Below are positions 38,993 through 47,741 of a stretch of 55,975 nucleotides of DNA, in pieces (position 1 is the stretch's first letter; every line of letters starts with the position of its first letter). The stretch covers positions 1 to 55,975 of IMG/VR virus record IMGVR_UViG_3300030012_003256. The stretch is one strand, 5' to 3'. The notes below the pieces were generated by a model that was not told the origin of the DNA, made no database searches, and saw only the letters and a program-made list of their open reading frames with translations. The translations under genes were made by a program, and so were the position numbers. Source of the DNA: a virus (Duplodnaviria; Caudoviricetes).

Positions 38993-39852
38993 AATTTTTT
39001 CCCCCTAATTTCTTTAACCTTTTTCATATCGAGATAGGATAAAAGGGTTCTAGTATTTTTTAATAAACTATCTCTTTTTTTGTTTGTTTTTTCACAAATG
39101 TATTTTTGTGTAATTTCTGTGTGTGAAAGAATCACATTTGCAGTAATCCAGCAAATACATTCATAGTGATTAACTGTTTTGTTATAGTCATTTGCTTCAA
39201 GAATAGTTTCAAAATATTCCATTGTCTTGACCGCTTCTTTATTAAAATCATTTCCAGCATTTAGTTTAGAAAGAACTCTATCTAAAAGAAAGTATTTATT
39301 CTCACGCACAGGTCTAAAACCTACATGTTTCTTTATCTTCTTTACTACCTTTTTTGCTTTTGGTATTTCAGAAGATAAGTCTAAAGCCACCTCTTCAAAG
39401 GTATGCGGTGTTCCTTGTTTTAGTAGCAGAAAATATACAATAGATACTGCTCTTGTCTCATAAGTGTCGCTAGTTGAAAATACGCCCCTATTGAATAAGT
39501 CAAGATATAACTTATGCATTTCTTCTTGATTTAGAAGATGACTAAATGGTGCAAAAACCATATTGCAGTTATGCAGACCGTCCATTACATATGGTGGGAG
39601 AACTGAATTAATAGTTTTCTTAACTACATGTGATTTAATATTTTTAATATCACCAACAATGGAAGAACCCAATCCACGATTGAATAGTCCCAAGTTAGCA
39701 GTATGGGTCGCTTCTCCACCTTTAAAGCCTAAAGTGGTCTGCTCAAAGATTTGAACATCAAGAACAAGACCGCATACAGAACAGACGGTTTCTCCAAGAG
39801 TTTCGTCAAATTCGTTGTTTCGGCTTCCACAATCTTCACATTTCAATTTCAT
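38986..39852 (-). CDS. tfb: TFB/TFIIB-like transcription initiation factor
   Basis: CEDCGS...GETVCSVCGLV Zn ribbon followed by two cyclin-like repeats. Confidence 0.8.
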   Translation of the reverse strand: MKLKCEDCGSRNNEFDETLGETVCSVCGLVLDVQIFEQTTLGFKGGEATHTANLGLFNRGLGSSIVGDIKNIKSHVVKKTINSVLPPYVMDGLHNCNMVFAPFSHLLNQEEMHKLYLDLFNRGVFSTSDTYETRAVSIVYFLLLKQGTPHTFEEVALDLSSEIPKAKKVVKKIKKHVGFRPVRENKYFLLDRVLSKLNAGNDFNKEAVKTMEYFETILEANDYNKTVNHYECICWITANVILSHTEITQKYICEKTNKKRDSLLKNTRTLLSYLDMKKVKEIRGKKLW

Positions 39853-40966
39853 CAAAATCAAACCTATTTTCATTTTTATTACCGACCAAATAGCGTCGGA
39901 TGGTGCTCACAATTTGTATCGTAAAAGTGTCATTTAATAAGGCTAACGCTCTTGCGGCGAATTGGTCGCCAAGTGAGGAACCCTTTGCCATATTGTCAAT
40001 ACAAATTGGGCCTCGCCAATCTATGTCATCTTCATCATCTTTTCTAATGGGTTGCCAAACATATGTTGAAACCATCTGAATTTCAGACTTAAATTTAGTG
40101 TCTGTAATTTTCCAGTCGTAGTCCTTTCCTTTAACATAGAGAGAAGAAAGTTCACCCTCTTCATCATAAGTGGCTCTAAGTCTGTCGGGGTACTGGTTAA
40201 GAAGTTCTTGAACCAATTCAATGGCTCTTTGTTCAACAATATCTTGTGTTCGGTTCTGCGAAAGAAATGCTCTCATCACTTTCATGCTTGATTCCGAACC
40301 TTCTTCATCCATTAGACGATAATAAAGTTCATCGGGGCTAATATTTACCCAAGAACCGACTTTCTTCCCATGAAGATAAAAATTACAGAAAGTATTTAAT
40401 TCTCGGACGGTCATTGTTCCCCAAATACCATCACTAATCTCAACTGCGATTTCTTTATCGCCAATCTGCTGACAGTTAAGACGAACCTCAATTTTTTCAC
40501 GACTCTCATTAAAATCATAAAAGAAATAAGGAATACGATTTTCAAGACAATACTTTACATCAGCAGGTAGATTCAGCGTTGCATACAAAGTAAGTAATAA
40601 CTTAGCAGGGTCTTGTTCAAAACAAGATTTATATGTCAAACGAGCCAATGCAGAAATAATATCTGCCAAATTAGCAACCTTGCCATTTATTTCATAACGA
40701 ATACCTGAACGAGAAAGCAATACGGGACAGGAACCAATTTTAACTAAATGATTAAAAGTTGGCTGAAAGCCATTTCTACGATTATATCTTGTCTTTTTAG
40801 GAGACAAATAGCCCCGCCAGTAGTTCTCAATTCCTGCTAAAACAGGGTCTTTCTTTGACCTGTTCGGCCTAATAAGTTCTCTGGAAAAGGTAAAGGTTTC
40901 ACAATTAATTGTAGTGTTATATTTTTCACCACTATCATCGGGTTTTTGAATTTGAATTTCTGCCAT
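39836..40966 (-). CDS. uncharacterised protein; candidate divergent E2 (UBC-like) C-terminal domain
   Basis: IDWRGPICIDNM resembles the UBC active site ID..G.ICLD; no HPN motif. Confidence 0.4.
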   Translation of the reverse strand: MAEIQIQKPDDSGEKYNTTINCETFTFSRELIRPNRSKKDPVLAGIENYWRGYLSPKKTRYNRRNGFQPTFNHLVKIGSCPVLLSRSGIRYEINGKVANLADIISALARLTYKSCFEQDPAKLLLTLYATLNLPADVKYCLENRIPYFFYDFNESREKIEVRLNCQQIGDKEIAVEISDGIWGTMTVRELNTFCNFYLHGKKVGSWVNISPDELYYRLMDEEGSESSMKVMRAFLSQNRTQDIVEQRAIELVQELLNQYPDRLRATYDEEGELSSLYVKGKDYDWKITDTKFKSEIQMVSTYVWQPIRKDDEDDIDWRGPICIDNMAKGSSLGDQFAARALALLNDTFTIQIVSTIRRYLVGNKNENRFDFDEIEM

Positions 40967-40970
40967 ATTT

Positions 40971-41132
40971 TCACATCACATACATATTTTTATTATCATT
41001 ATCACAGAAATTGTGGATTTCCTTTTGTATTTCTTCTATTGACAACAATTGTTTTCCACAGACTCTACATTGTGTAGCGACCTGCTTATTTTTTCTCCTA
41101 TTGAGAATATATTTTGGGTCTTTTTCTTTCAT
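40971..41132 (-). CDS. 53-aa C2HC Zn-finger protein
   Basis: Manual ORF ..QCRVCGKQL....IHNFC. Confidence 0.55.
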   Translation of the reverse strand: MKEKDPKYILNRRKNKQVATQCRVCGKQLLSIEEIQKEIHNFCDNDNKNMYVM

Positions 41133-41469
41133 ACATTTTCACCATTTTTTCTTTGATATTTTTTTCGTGAATACACACTTTACAATTATGTTTAGGGCAT
41201 TCTTTTTCATGATAATCTAACATTTGTTTTATTTTTTCTGATTCGTCTTTAAAATATTTATGAAATCCTTTACTGATTGCTTCATCGTTATTCCAAAGAG
41301 TTTTTAGAAAGGTTTGAGAAAGTCTCCATATTTTTTCTTTATCATCTTGAAGAGAATGACAGACATTAATAGCCATAGCCAATCTATCAAGATTTGAATT
41401 ATCATTATAATTACACATTTGGATTATTACACTTTCACATTCCTTATAGGAATTAAAAAGCGTTGTCAT
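41098..41469 (-). CDS. hypothetical protein
   Basis: ORF track; H..CPKHNC..C motif. Confidence 0.5.
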   Translation of the reverse strand: MTTLFNSYKECESVIIQMCNYNDNSNLDRLAMAINVCHSLQDDKEKIWRLSQTFLKTLWNNDEAISKGFHKYFKDESEKIKQMLDYHEKECPKHNCKVCIHEKNIKEKMVKMYERKRPKIYSQ

Positions 41470-41477
41470 ATTCCCAC

Positions 41478-43352
41478 CTAAATTTCACAAGCACCACCCG
41501 CACAGGCTAGTTCGCCCGATAGGTCAGTATTGTCTTGAGTTTCAACAACTTTAGACAAATCAACTTGAGTCAGAGTTTTGCTTAATTCTTTAAACATTTC
41601 AGCATTACAATCTTCGAAGGGTGCTTGAGTATAAGACCCGCCATCATAAGGTAAAACAGATAAACCGTTATAATAATGTCTGTTAATCCACATCCATTCA
41701 GCAACCTTCTCCCATTCATCTTCTTTGATAGAAACTGTTGCTGAAACATTATGTGTATTCAGCCCGTCATTATGACCCGCACCAACCCAACGAATACTAA
41801 AGTTCTTAACTCGCTCTAATAAATCAAATACTGATTCGTGGCGAGTGATTGCTCCTTCTGGAGCCTTTTGAGGAATACTAATAACTGCTTGTTCAATCGG
41901 ATTAAAGAACTCATCTTCAACCAATTCGGGATGATTACGAATCAAGTAGTCATAAATGGCTTCATTTTTGCCTACTCTAATTCTGCGAATGTAGTAATCG
42001 TTGTGCCAAGCATGAATGCCACTTGATGTTCCAAGAACAAGAGAAGTGGTTCCAGCAGGTTTAACACAAGTTGTCCGTGAAGCAGGATTAATACCGATAA
42101 TTTTGGCAACTCTTTCATTTTCTTTTTTAACTTCATATGCGGCCATTTCTAAATCAAGATGTTCCACAACATTGGAAGCGATACCTGTCATAGAAACACC
42201 AAGCAAAGCATCTTTTTCTGTTGCTTTACGCCATACTTCACGAAGATAATGAAAATCAGTATATCCCGCTTGAAGCGTTCCGAGGAAAGCGGCGGCAGAA
42301 ACTCTTGATTCTAAATCTGCTTGGTCAATTACATTTGACGCATTTACTTCCGTAAGATTACAAAACTGATATGGTCGCAAAGCAATTTCACAGCAGGGAT
42401 TCGTTCCCCAGTCTTTGTCATTATTGAAATAAATTCCCGGTTCTCCTGAACCCGATGCTTTAATTCTGTTCCACAAATCCATAAAGAAATCTTTCTTTAC
42501 ACGGTGTCGCAATAAAACTGCTGAATTGTTTGCTCTTCCTCTTTGAGCATTCTTTTCCCACCAATTGCCAGACTTACATGCAATCATTTCGTGGTCATCT
42601 GCTGAAAATAAACTTATCATAGCCGCACGACGAATACCGCCACTTAAAACTGCATCAGCAATATGACACATAATATCATGTGCTTGGATTGGTTTTAACA
42701 TAGAGCCGTTAGGAATGTTTTGGAGCATACCTTCAATTTTGACAAGACATTCTCTTAGTGGCTGTGGGCCGGGGGCTTTTCCACCGGAAGTTTTCAAAAG
42801 AGAACCTTTTGGTCTAATATCAGAATAATCAAATGTAGGCGTAGATGTTCTAACTCCTGTATAACACTCCATCAAAATCTTAACTGCGTCAGCCCAACCT
42901 TCTATTGAATCATTCACTAAATATCGCCTTTGGCGATTTGGATTAGGATGTTGAATCGGTGCCAGCAATTCAACATGATGTCGCTGAACAGAATATCCAA
43001 CTCCTGTTCCACCCAATAACAGAAACATAGCCTCACTAAAAGCAACATGGGTATCAATAGGCATATATGCACAATTATATACACGATTTGGGCTAATCTC
43101 AATTGGCTTACCACCAAACTGCATTGAGCGCATAGATGGCAATACTTTCTTTGTTTTCACAAAATGAGTATAAACATCTATAATTTCATCCTTAAGTTGT
43201 GGATAGGTTTTAATGTGCATTTGCATATTTCTCTCAACGATTTCATCCCAAGTTTCTCTTCGGGACTTTTCTTCGCTAAATTTAGCATATTTCATATGCA
43301 CCGTAATATCTGATAATATCTTAATGTTTTGTTCTTGTATCATGTTTAACAC
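41478..43352 (-). CDS. nrdJ: class II (B12-dependent, monomeric) ribonucleotide reductase
   Basis: PSMR, NCAY, GTGVG, TNPCCEI, CNL, KPAGT; C-terminal CAGGACEI. Confidence 0.9.
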   Translation of the reverse strand: MLNMIQEQNIKILSDITVHMKYAKFSEEKSRRETWDEIVERNMQMHIKTYPQLKDEIIDVYTHFVKTKKVLPSMRSMQFGGKPIEISPNRVYNCAYMPIDTHVAFSEAMFLLLGGTGVGYSVQRHHVELLAPIQHPNPNRQRRYLVNDSIEGWADAVKILMECYTGVRTSTPTFDYSDIRPKGSLLKTSGGKAPGPQPLRECLVKIEGMLQNIPNGSMLKPIQAHDIMCHIADAVLSGGIRRAAMISLFSADDHEMIACKSGNWWEKNAQRGRANNSAVLLRHRVKKDFFMDLWNRIKASGSGEPGIYFNNDKDWGTNPCCEIALRPYQFCNLTEVNASNVIDQADLESRVSAAAFLGTLQAGYTDFHYLREVWRKATEKDALLGVSMTGIASNVVEHLDLEMAAYEVKKENERVAKIIGINPASRTTCVKPAGTTSLVLGTSSGIHAWHNDYYIRRIRVGKNEAIYDYLIRNHPELVEDEFFNPIEQAVISIPQKAPEGAITRHESVFDLLERVKNFSIRWVGAGHNDGLNTHNVSATVSIKEDEWEKVAEWMWINRHYYNGLSVLPYDGGSYTQAPFEDCNAEMFKELSKTLTQVDLSKVVETQDNTDLSGELACAGGACEI

Positions 43353-43735
43353 CTATATTTTGTCCTTTTTGGCAAAGCATCTAAAGTTGTAAAACTAAAG
43401 ATAAATGGTGTTTGTCCATCTGTCAAGACCCATTCTTTTTCCTCCACAAAAGACCAATTCTTAAAATCAAGAATTGCTTCTTTTCCGTGTGTTGTAAATA
43501 AATCTTCAACAGAAACAAACACCTGCCCTGCGTAGTCAATCCGAGTTTGTCCCTCGGCATAAATGTAGCCCTTCCGCCCCGTCGCAAGGATATGACGAGG
43601 TGGGTAAAAATCGGGCTTCACAACTGCTAAACCATTGAGCAGTAATGCGTTTTTGGCGTATTGCCAGCCCTTCAAATCAAGCATTAATTTAAGGGCATCT
43701 TCGTGAATAAAATTGAGCAAATCGGGTTCCATCAC
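43346..43735 (-). CDS. hypothetical protein
   Basis: ORF track. Confidence 0.55.
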   Translation of the reverse strand: MMEPDLLNFIHEDALKLMLDLKGWQYAKNALLLNGLAVVKPDFYPPRHILATGRKGYIYAEGQTRIDYAGQVFVSVEDLFTTHGKEAILDFKNWSFVEEKEWVLTDGQTPFIFSFTTLDALPKRTKYRC

Positions 43736-43737
43736 TC

Positions 43738-43780
43738 AAAAAAGGGGAAGCCGCCAGTTAATATAACTAACGACTCCCCC
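43738..43780 (-). terminator. terminator after the Ubl gene
   Basis: Minus strand GGGGAGTCG...CGGCTTCCCC followed by T6. Confidence 0.6.
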
Positions 43781-43814
43781 GATTGTGGGCGATTGAGAAC
43801 AGAAAGAATTACTT

Positions 43815-44021
43815 TCAGTAATTCCCTCCAACAATAGCAGGGGTCAAGTCCACCGCTTGAACGGTGTCCCAGTTAATCTCTGCTATTGCTTCTCTCGCAA
43901 CCATTTCTCCATCAATAAAAACCCAATGGGTCGGATGGTCGCCAATTTGCTCAATCACTTCAGATGAAGCGAGCATTAAGTCTGTATGTCCTGTTTCATT
44001 CAAAATTCGTAGTCTAATCAT
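43815..44021 (-). CDS. ubiquitin-like (ThiS/MoaD/SAMP beta-grasp) protein precursor, 68 aa
   Basis: VFIDGE strand and C-terminal VDLTPAIVGG-NY; AGGAG SD before ATG 44021. Confidence 0.8.
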   Translation of the reverse strand: MIRLRILNETGHTDLMLASSEVIEQIGDHPTHWVFIDGEMVAREAIAEINWDTVQAVDLTPAIVGGNY

Positions 44022-44042
44022 TGTTTCAACTCCTGTTGTATT

Positions 44043-44078
44043 CTTTCCTGTTCTCAATCATATATAAAGGGCTTCATC
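44043..44078 (-). promoter_or_regulatory. archaeal-type promoter of the Ubl gene
   Basis: GATGAAGCCC-TTTATATA; 31/36 nt identical to 51500-51535. Confidence 0.7.
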
Positions 44079-45447
44079 AAACGGGGTGGCCCCCACCCTG
44101 TTGTTGCTTTGCCTTTAATCTGTCAATTAATTCACTTGCCTCAAATTTGGTTTTCACCTTCTCATCATATCCGAGGTCTTTTAGATATTTGAGTTGTTTT
44201 TCCGTAGGTTTTAAGTCATTATACTTTCTGTGTAAGAAAGTAATGTCTTCCTCAGAAAGAGACTTTCTCCCTTCCATTCTTTCTTTGATTCTAACGAGTA
44301 TATTAAGTTCATTAGAATGTGAAGCCCAAGTTTCATCAAACATAGGTATATTGTATTGAGCACAACCAAAACGGAAGGTTCGGTTTTGCTCACGAAGAAA
44401 TGCTTTACTACGCTTCTGTTGTCGTTCAAATTCTTCTTGAATTTTCTTTTTACGCAAAAGACTAAGTCTTTCTCTTTCTTCACGCTCTTTACGGAGTTTT
44501 TCCTGATATTCAGGAGACTGAATATACCTACGATGTTCTTCTAACTTTGCCTGTCTTTCGGCTTCTAAACGACGGCGGCGTTCTTCCTTTTCTCTTCTTT
44601 TTTGAGCAAGATGAGCCTTTCTTTCTTCTATTCTTTTCTTTTCTTTTAAGAAAGGAATAGACAGTTCACCGGACTTAACATAAAATAATGCAAGGTCTTT
44701 CATCAGATTATCGTTTGGAAAACCGTGAACCGTTTGCTGATTCTTTGGATTATCGGGATGGTTCCAACGCCAAACAATAGATGCCATTTTATATCCAGTT
44801 TGTCCAAATCTGCCCTCTGCTCTTTTACGAATAGTTGTAATAAAGCGGCTTTCTTTGAGTTCTTCATCCCAATATTTGTCTCCTTTTTGGTGAACATTAT
44901 AAAATAAATCCATTTCACGAACTGCTTCAAACATCATTTCAAATGCTTGGCCCTGTTCAGCCCACCATGCTTCTGCTTTCATAGACTTAATACGAACATT
45001 AATCCATTCCTTGATTTGTTCATCAGTAATCATATCAGCAGAAATATTTAACTCCTGAGAAATTTGACGAACAATCAAATATGAATTGATATGGTCGCTA
45101 CCGACACATTCAACATTTCCATTCTCTGTATTTTCAATACGGAAATGATATTTAATCCGATGTCCACAAAGGCACTTGCCATATCCATTTCTGGAATTAG
45201 AAATCCATTCTGGCATTCTTTCTTGAGGAACATAATAGTCCGACCAAAAGACTTCACCAGTAGCAATCCATTCATGTTTTGCTTCTTCGTAATCATCTGC
45301 TACGGATAGTTCTACCATTCTCTCTTTCAAAATTCTATCCCATTTACCTTCACCTAATTGGCGTTTGACAGAGGTAATATCCAAATTATTCCTCTGTGAA
45401 TCCCAATCATCATCGTCTTCAATAGGTATTAATATTCTTCTCCTCAT
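44077..45447 (-). CDS. hypothetical protein (Zn-ribbon, coiled coil, C-terminal PT.KQ..L module)
   Basis: CLCGH.I...VGSDHI; PTEKQLKYLKDLG..TKFEASELI. Confidence 0.6.
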   Translation of the reverse strand: MRRRILIPIEDDDDWDSQRNNLDITSVKRQLGEGKWDRILKERMVELSVADDYEEAKHEWIATGEVFWSDYYVPQERMPEWISNSRNGYGKCLCGHRIKYHFRIENTENGNVECVGSDHINSYLIVRQISQELNISADMITDEQIKEWINVRIKSMKAEAWWAEQGQAFEMMFEAVREMDLFYNVHQKGDKYWDEELKESRFITTIRKRAEGRFGQTGYKMASIVWRWNHPDNPKNQQTVHGFPNDNLMKDLALFYVKSGELSIPFLKEKKRIEERKAHLAQKRREKEERRRRLEAERQAKLEEHRRYIQSPEYQEKLRKEREERERLSLLRKKKIQEEFERQQKRSKAFLREQNRTFRFGCAQYNIPMFDETWASHSNELNILVRIKERMEGRKSLSEEDITFLHRKYNDLKPTEKQLKYLKDLGYDEKVKTKFEASELIDRLKAKQQQGGGHPV

Positions 45448-45716
45448 AGAAACTCCCTATCCTCTTTTTCAAAGTTATACTGTTCTTTCAAATATCCAGT
45501 TAGAATATCATCCATCTTTTCTTGTAGTCCGTCAATAATGCCTGCAATAATGCGACGATTAAGACTAATCCACAATTTGTGATACATATTGATTACCACC
45601 TTTGGTTGGTCTTCCTCGTTTTGAGTAATCACAATCGGCGGCATTTCATCAGTATCAATAATTCTAAATTCTACATTTGGTTTCATATTTAAGGGATTCA
45701 TATTAACATCCTCCAT
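45444..45716 (-). CDS. hypothetical protein
   Basis: ORF track. Confidence 0.55.
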   Translation of the reverse strand: MEDVNMNPLNMKPNVEFRIIDTDEMPPIVITQNEEDQPKVVINMYHKLWISLNRRIIAGIIDGLQEKMDDILTGYLKEQYNFEKEDREFL

Positions 45717-46069
45717 TTTGCTTTTAACGAATCTGGATGCTGAATGTAATTACATTCAAAATTACCATTTTCATCATAGATTGGTTGCTGTAAATGCTCT
45801 TCGCAGAAGAGTCTTGCTTCGTTTGTCATTTGATATTGATTAACATTATCTAATGTTGCACTAAAAGTAAAAAAACGAATATCGTGCTTTCTAAATGCCC
45901 TCTGAATAGTAATACATATAGAGCGAATAAAATTTGTCGGTGTGCGTTCTAACTTTTTATCAAGACCGTGTGCTACAATTGCTTCATGAATATCATTAGG
46001 CGATAAGCGACTATACCTAATAAATTCATTAATAACTGCAGTTTCAATAAGATTTCTTTTTGTAAACAT
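45698..46069 (-). CDS. hypothetical protein
   Basis: ORF with SD; TTTATATA about 55 nt upstream. Confidence 0.55.
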   Translation of the reverse strand: MFTKRNLIETAVINEFIRYSRLSPNDIHEAIVAHGLDKKLERTPTNFIRSICITIQRAFRKHDIRFFTFSATLDNVNQYQMTNEARLFCEEHLQQPIYDENGNFECNYIQHPDSLKAKWRMLI

Positions 46070-46146
46070 ATTTCTTCCTCATTTTTTTATTTTAAGGGGC
46101 GATGAAAGACCGCCCCTACGAGAGTATATAAAGAACGCAAAAATAG

Positions 46147-46222
46147 TGGCGGGCGTATCAGGATTTGAACCCGAATCCCCGGCTTAGAAGGCCAGAATGC
46201 TATCCAATTACACCATACACCC
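46147..46222 (-). tRNA. tRNA-Arg(UCU), CCA encoded
   Basis: GGGTGTATGGTGTAATTGGATAGCATTCTGGCCT-TCT-AAGCCGGGGATTCGGGTTCAAATCCTGATACGCCCGCCA folds as a cloverleaf. Confidence 0.92.
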
Positions 46223-46238
46223 ATGCGAGCCACCATTC

Positions 46239-46637
46239 TCATTCTTTACTATAAAAGCCTCCTATTAAAAAGGCTTCGTTGATATTTTTGGTATGAATAA
46301 TGTTTTCAATCCTTCCCAAATCATCAACTACGCTTTTATCTGCTCCTTGAACAATAAATTCAGATAAGAGCAAAGCCATGCGTTGTGGACTTGCGCTGAC
46401 AATCATTTTAGATAATTGCTCAACCAAGTGGTCTTTATATTGCATGTGCGCTAGACAATCAAAACACTCAATTCTTTCAAGAGTATCATGTTTATGATTA
46501 GGAACGACATACCAAAGTTTGCCTTCGCACTTTTCACAAGCATCCATATGAAATCCTCCCATATCGTGCATGATTGCGACAATATCCTTTACAGAAACTC
46601 TGTTCTGGATAACCATATTTGTTTGCTTTTGATTCAA
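46239..46637 (-). CDS. Zn-binding hypothetical protein (start uncertain)
   Basis: CEKC...CFDC. Confidence 0.5.
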   Translation of the reverse strand: MNQKQTNMVIQNRVSVKDIVAIMHDMGGFHMDACEKCEGKLWYVVPNHKHDTLERIECFDCLAHMQYKDHLVEQLSKMIVSASPQRMALLLSEFIVQGADKSVVDDLGRIENIIHTKNINEAFLIGGFYSKE

Positions 46638-46686
46638 AGACTTTCTTACATTTATTATTACTACAAATTACTTTTATTGTTTTCAT
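46534..46686 (-). CDS. small Zn-finger protein
   Basis: MKTIKVICSNNKC...FCKGYC; GGAGG SD. Confidence 0.5.
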   Translation of the reverse strand: MKTIKVICSNNKCKKVFESKANKYGYPEQSFCKGYCRNHARYGRISYGCL

Positions 46687-46688
46687 TT

Positions 46689-46883
46689 TTATTCCTCCTC
46701 TTGATAAAAGTGAGCATGAACAAACAAAATTAGCCAAGAGTAGAAGTCCAAATTGTGTAGTCCTTCTGACATATCTTCTTTGTATTGTTCTTTAACAATT
46801 TCTTCAAAGGTTTCAAAATGCCTCATAAAATACATTTCTTCTTTTATTCTTTCTTTATCATAAAATGGGTTTGGTTCTTTCAT
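46689..46883 (-). CDS. hypothetical protein
   Basis: ORF with SD. Confidence 0.5.
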   Translation of the reverse strand: MKEPNPFYDKERIKEEMYFMRHFETFEEIVKEQYKEDMSEGLHNLDFYSWLILFVHAHFYQEEE

Positions 46884-46885
46884 TT

Positions 46886-47572
46886 TTATTCCTCCATAAG
46901 TTGTTGTGGATAGCGGGGCTTACGGGCATTGTAAGCACGAACACCCACATTGTATTTCTTTGCATAGTGGTTTGCAGGAAACCAATCGGGACGACGGTTT
47001 TTACGCCATTCAGCAAAACGCCACTTGCCTTCAAGATAATAATGGCGGTAGGAACCAATTACAAAATCCCAATCATCAGTTTGCCTACCATACTGAACTC
47101 TTTGGGTATTATGAAACTCGTCTGCATTAATGCGATATTTGTCATCCATAGCAATTGAAACGGGAGTAAGTTTATTCAAAGGATAATTGTGATTTTCAAT
47201 TAATTCACGGTATGAACCGCAATCAACAATTCTTTTCTCTGTTCCGTGTTTTTTCTCATAACGATGAGTGTATTCAGAACAAAGAAACACACCGTGATAT
47301 AAAAGCCAGTCAAAGTTAGCCAAAGACTGCCTCGCCCAAATGGTTGAGGGGTGATTTAGCATGGCTGGCTTCATCAATTCGGACTCGGTGGCGAGGTGAA
47401 AAGCCTTAAGGTCTTTCAATTGAGGTTCTTTATCGTGTTCTTTGACATATTGCATATAAAGAATGTTAGTATGCAACATTTGACAGGTTTCAGTCGGCAT
47501 CTTGACAATATGTTTGTCAATCATTTCTTTAGCCGCTTGTTTTGGACTTCGTGATAGTGCAAAGATATTCAT
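46886..47572 (-). CDS. pyrimidine-dimer DNA glycosylase-like (endonuclease V-related) protein
   Basis: MNIF.L...P..AA...DKHIVKM..E..QML, NHPSTIW.R, EYT.RY.K.H, YR.YY. Confidence 0.75.
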   Translation of the reverse strand: MNIFALSRSPKQAAKEMIDKHIVKMPTETCQMLHTNILYMQYVKEHDKEPQLKDLKAFHLATESELMKPAMLNHPSTIWARQSLANFDWLLYHGVFLCSEYTHRYEKKHGTEKRIVDCGSYRELIENHNYPLNKLTPVSIAMDDKYRINADEFHNTQRVQYGRQTDDWDFVIGSYRHYYLEGKWRFAEWRKNRRPDWFPANHYAKKYNVGVRAYNARKPRYPQQLMEE

Positions 47573-47576
47573 ATAA

Positions 47577-47741
47577 TCAACTCCGTGATTTTAGGTATGC
47601 TTTGTAGGAGTCCATACCTTGACTCCGATATAATTTGTAAAGCCTCGCTTCTCGTTCAGCAGTAGCGATAGGCTTCATTAAAAATTTTTTATCAAAGAAC
47701 CGATGGCTCTCTGGTTTAAGTTTATCTTTCATTAATTTCAT
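47577..47741 (-). CDS. 54-aa basic protein
   Basis: Manual ORF with GGAG SD. Confidence 0.45.
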   Translation of the reverse strand: MKLMKDKLKPESHRFFDKKFLMKPIATAEREARLYKLYRSQGMDSYKAYLKSRS

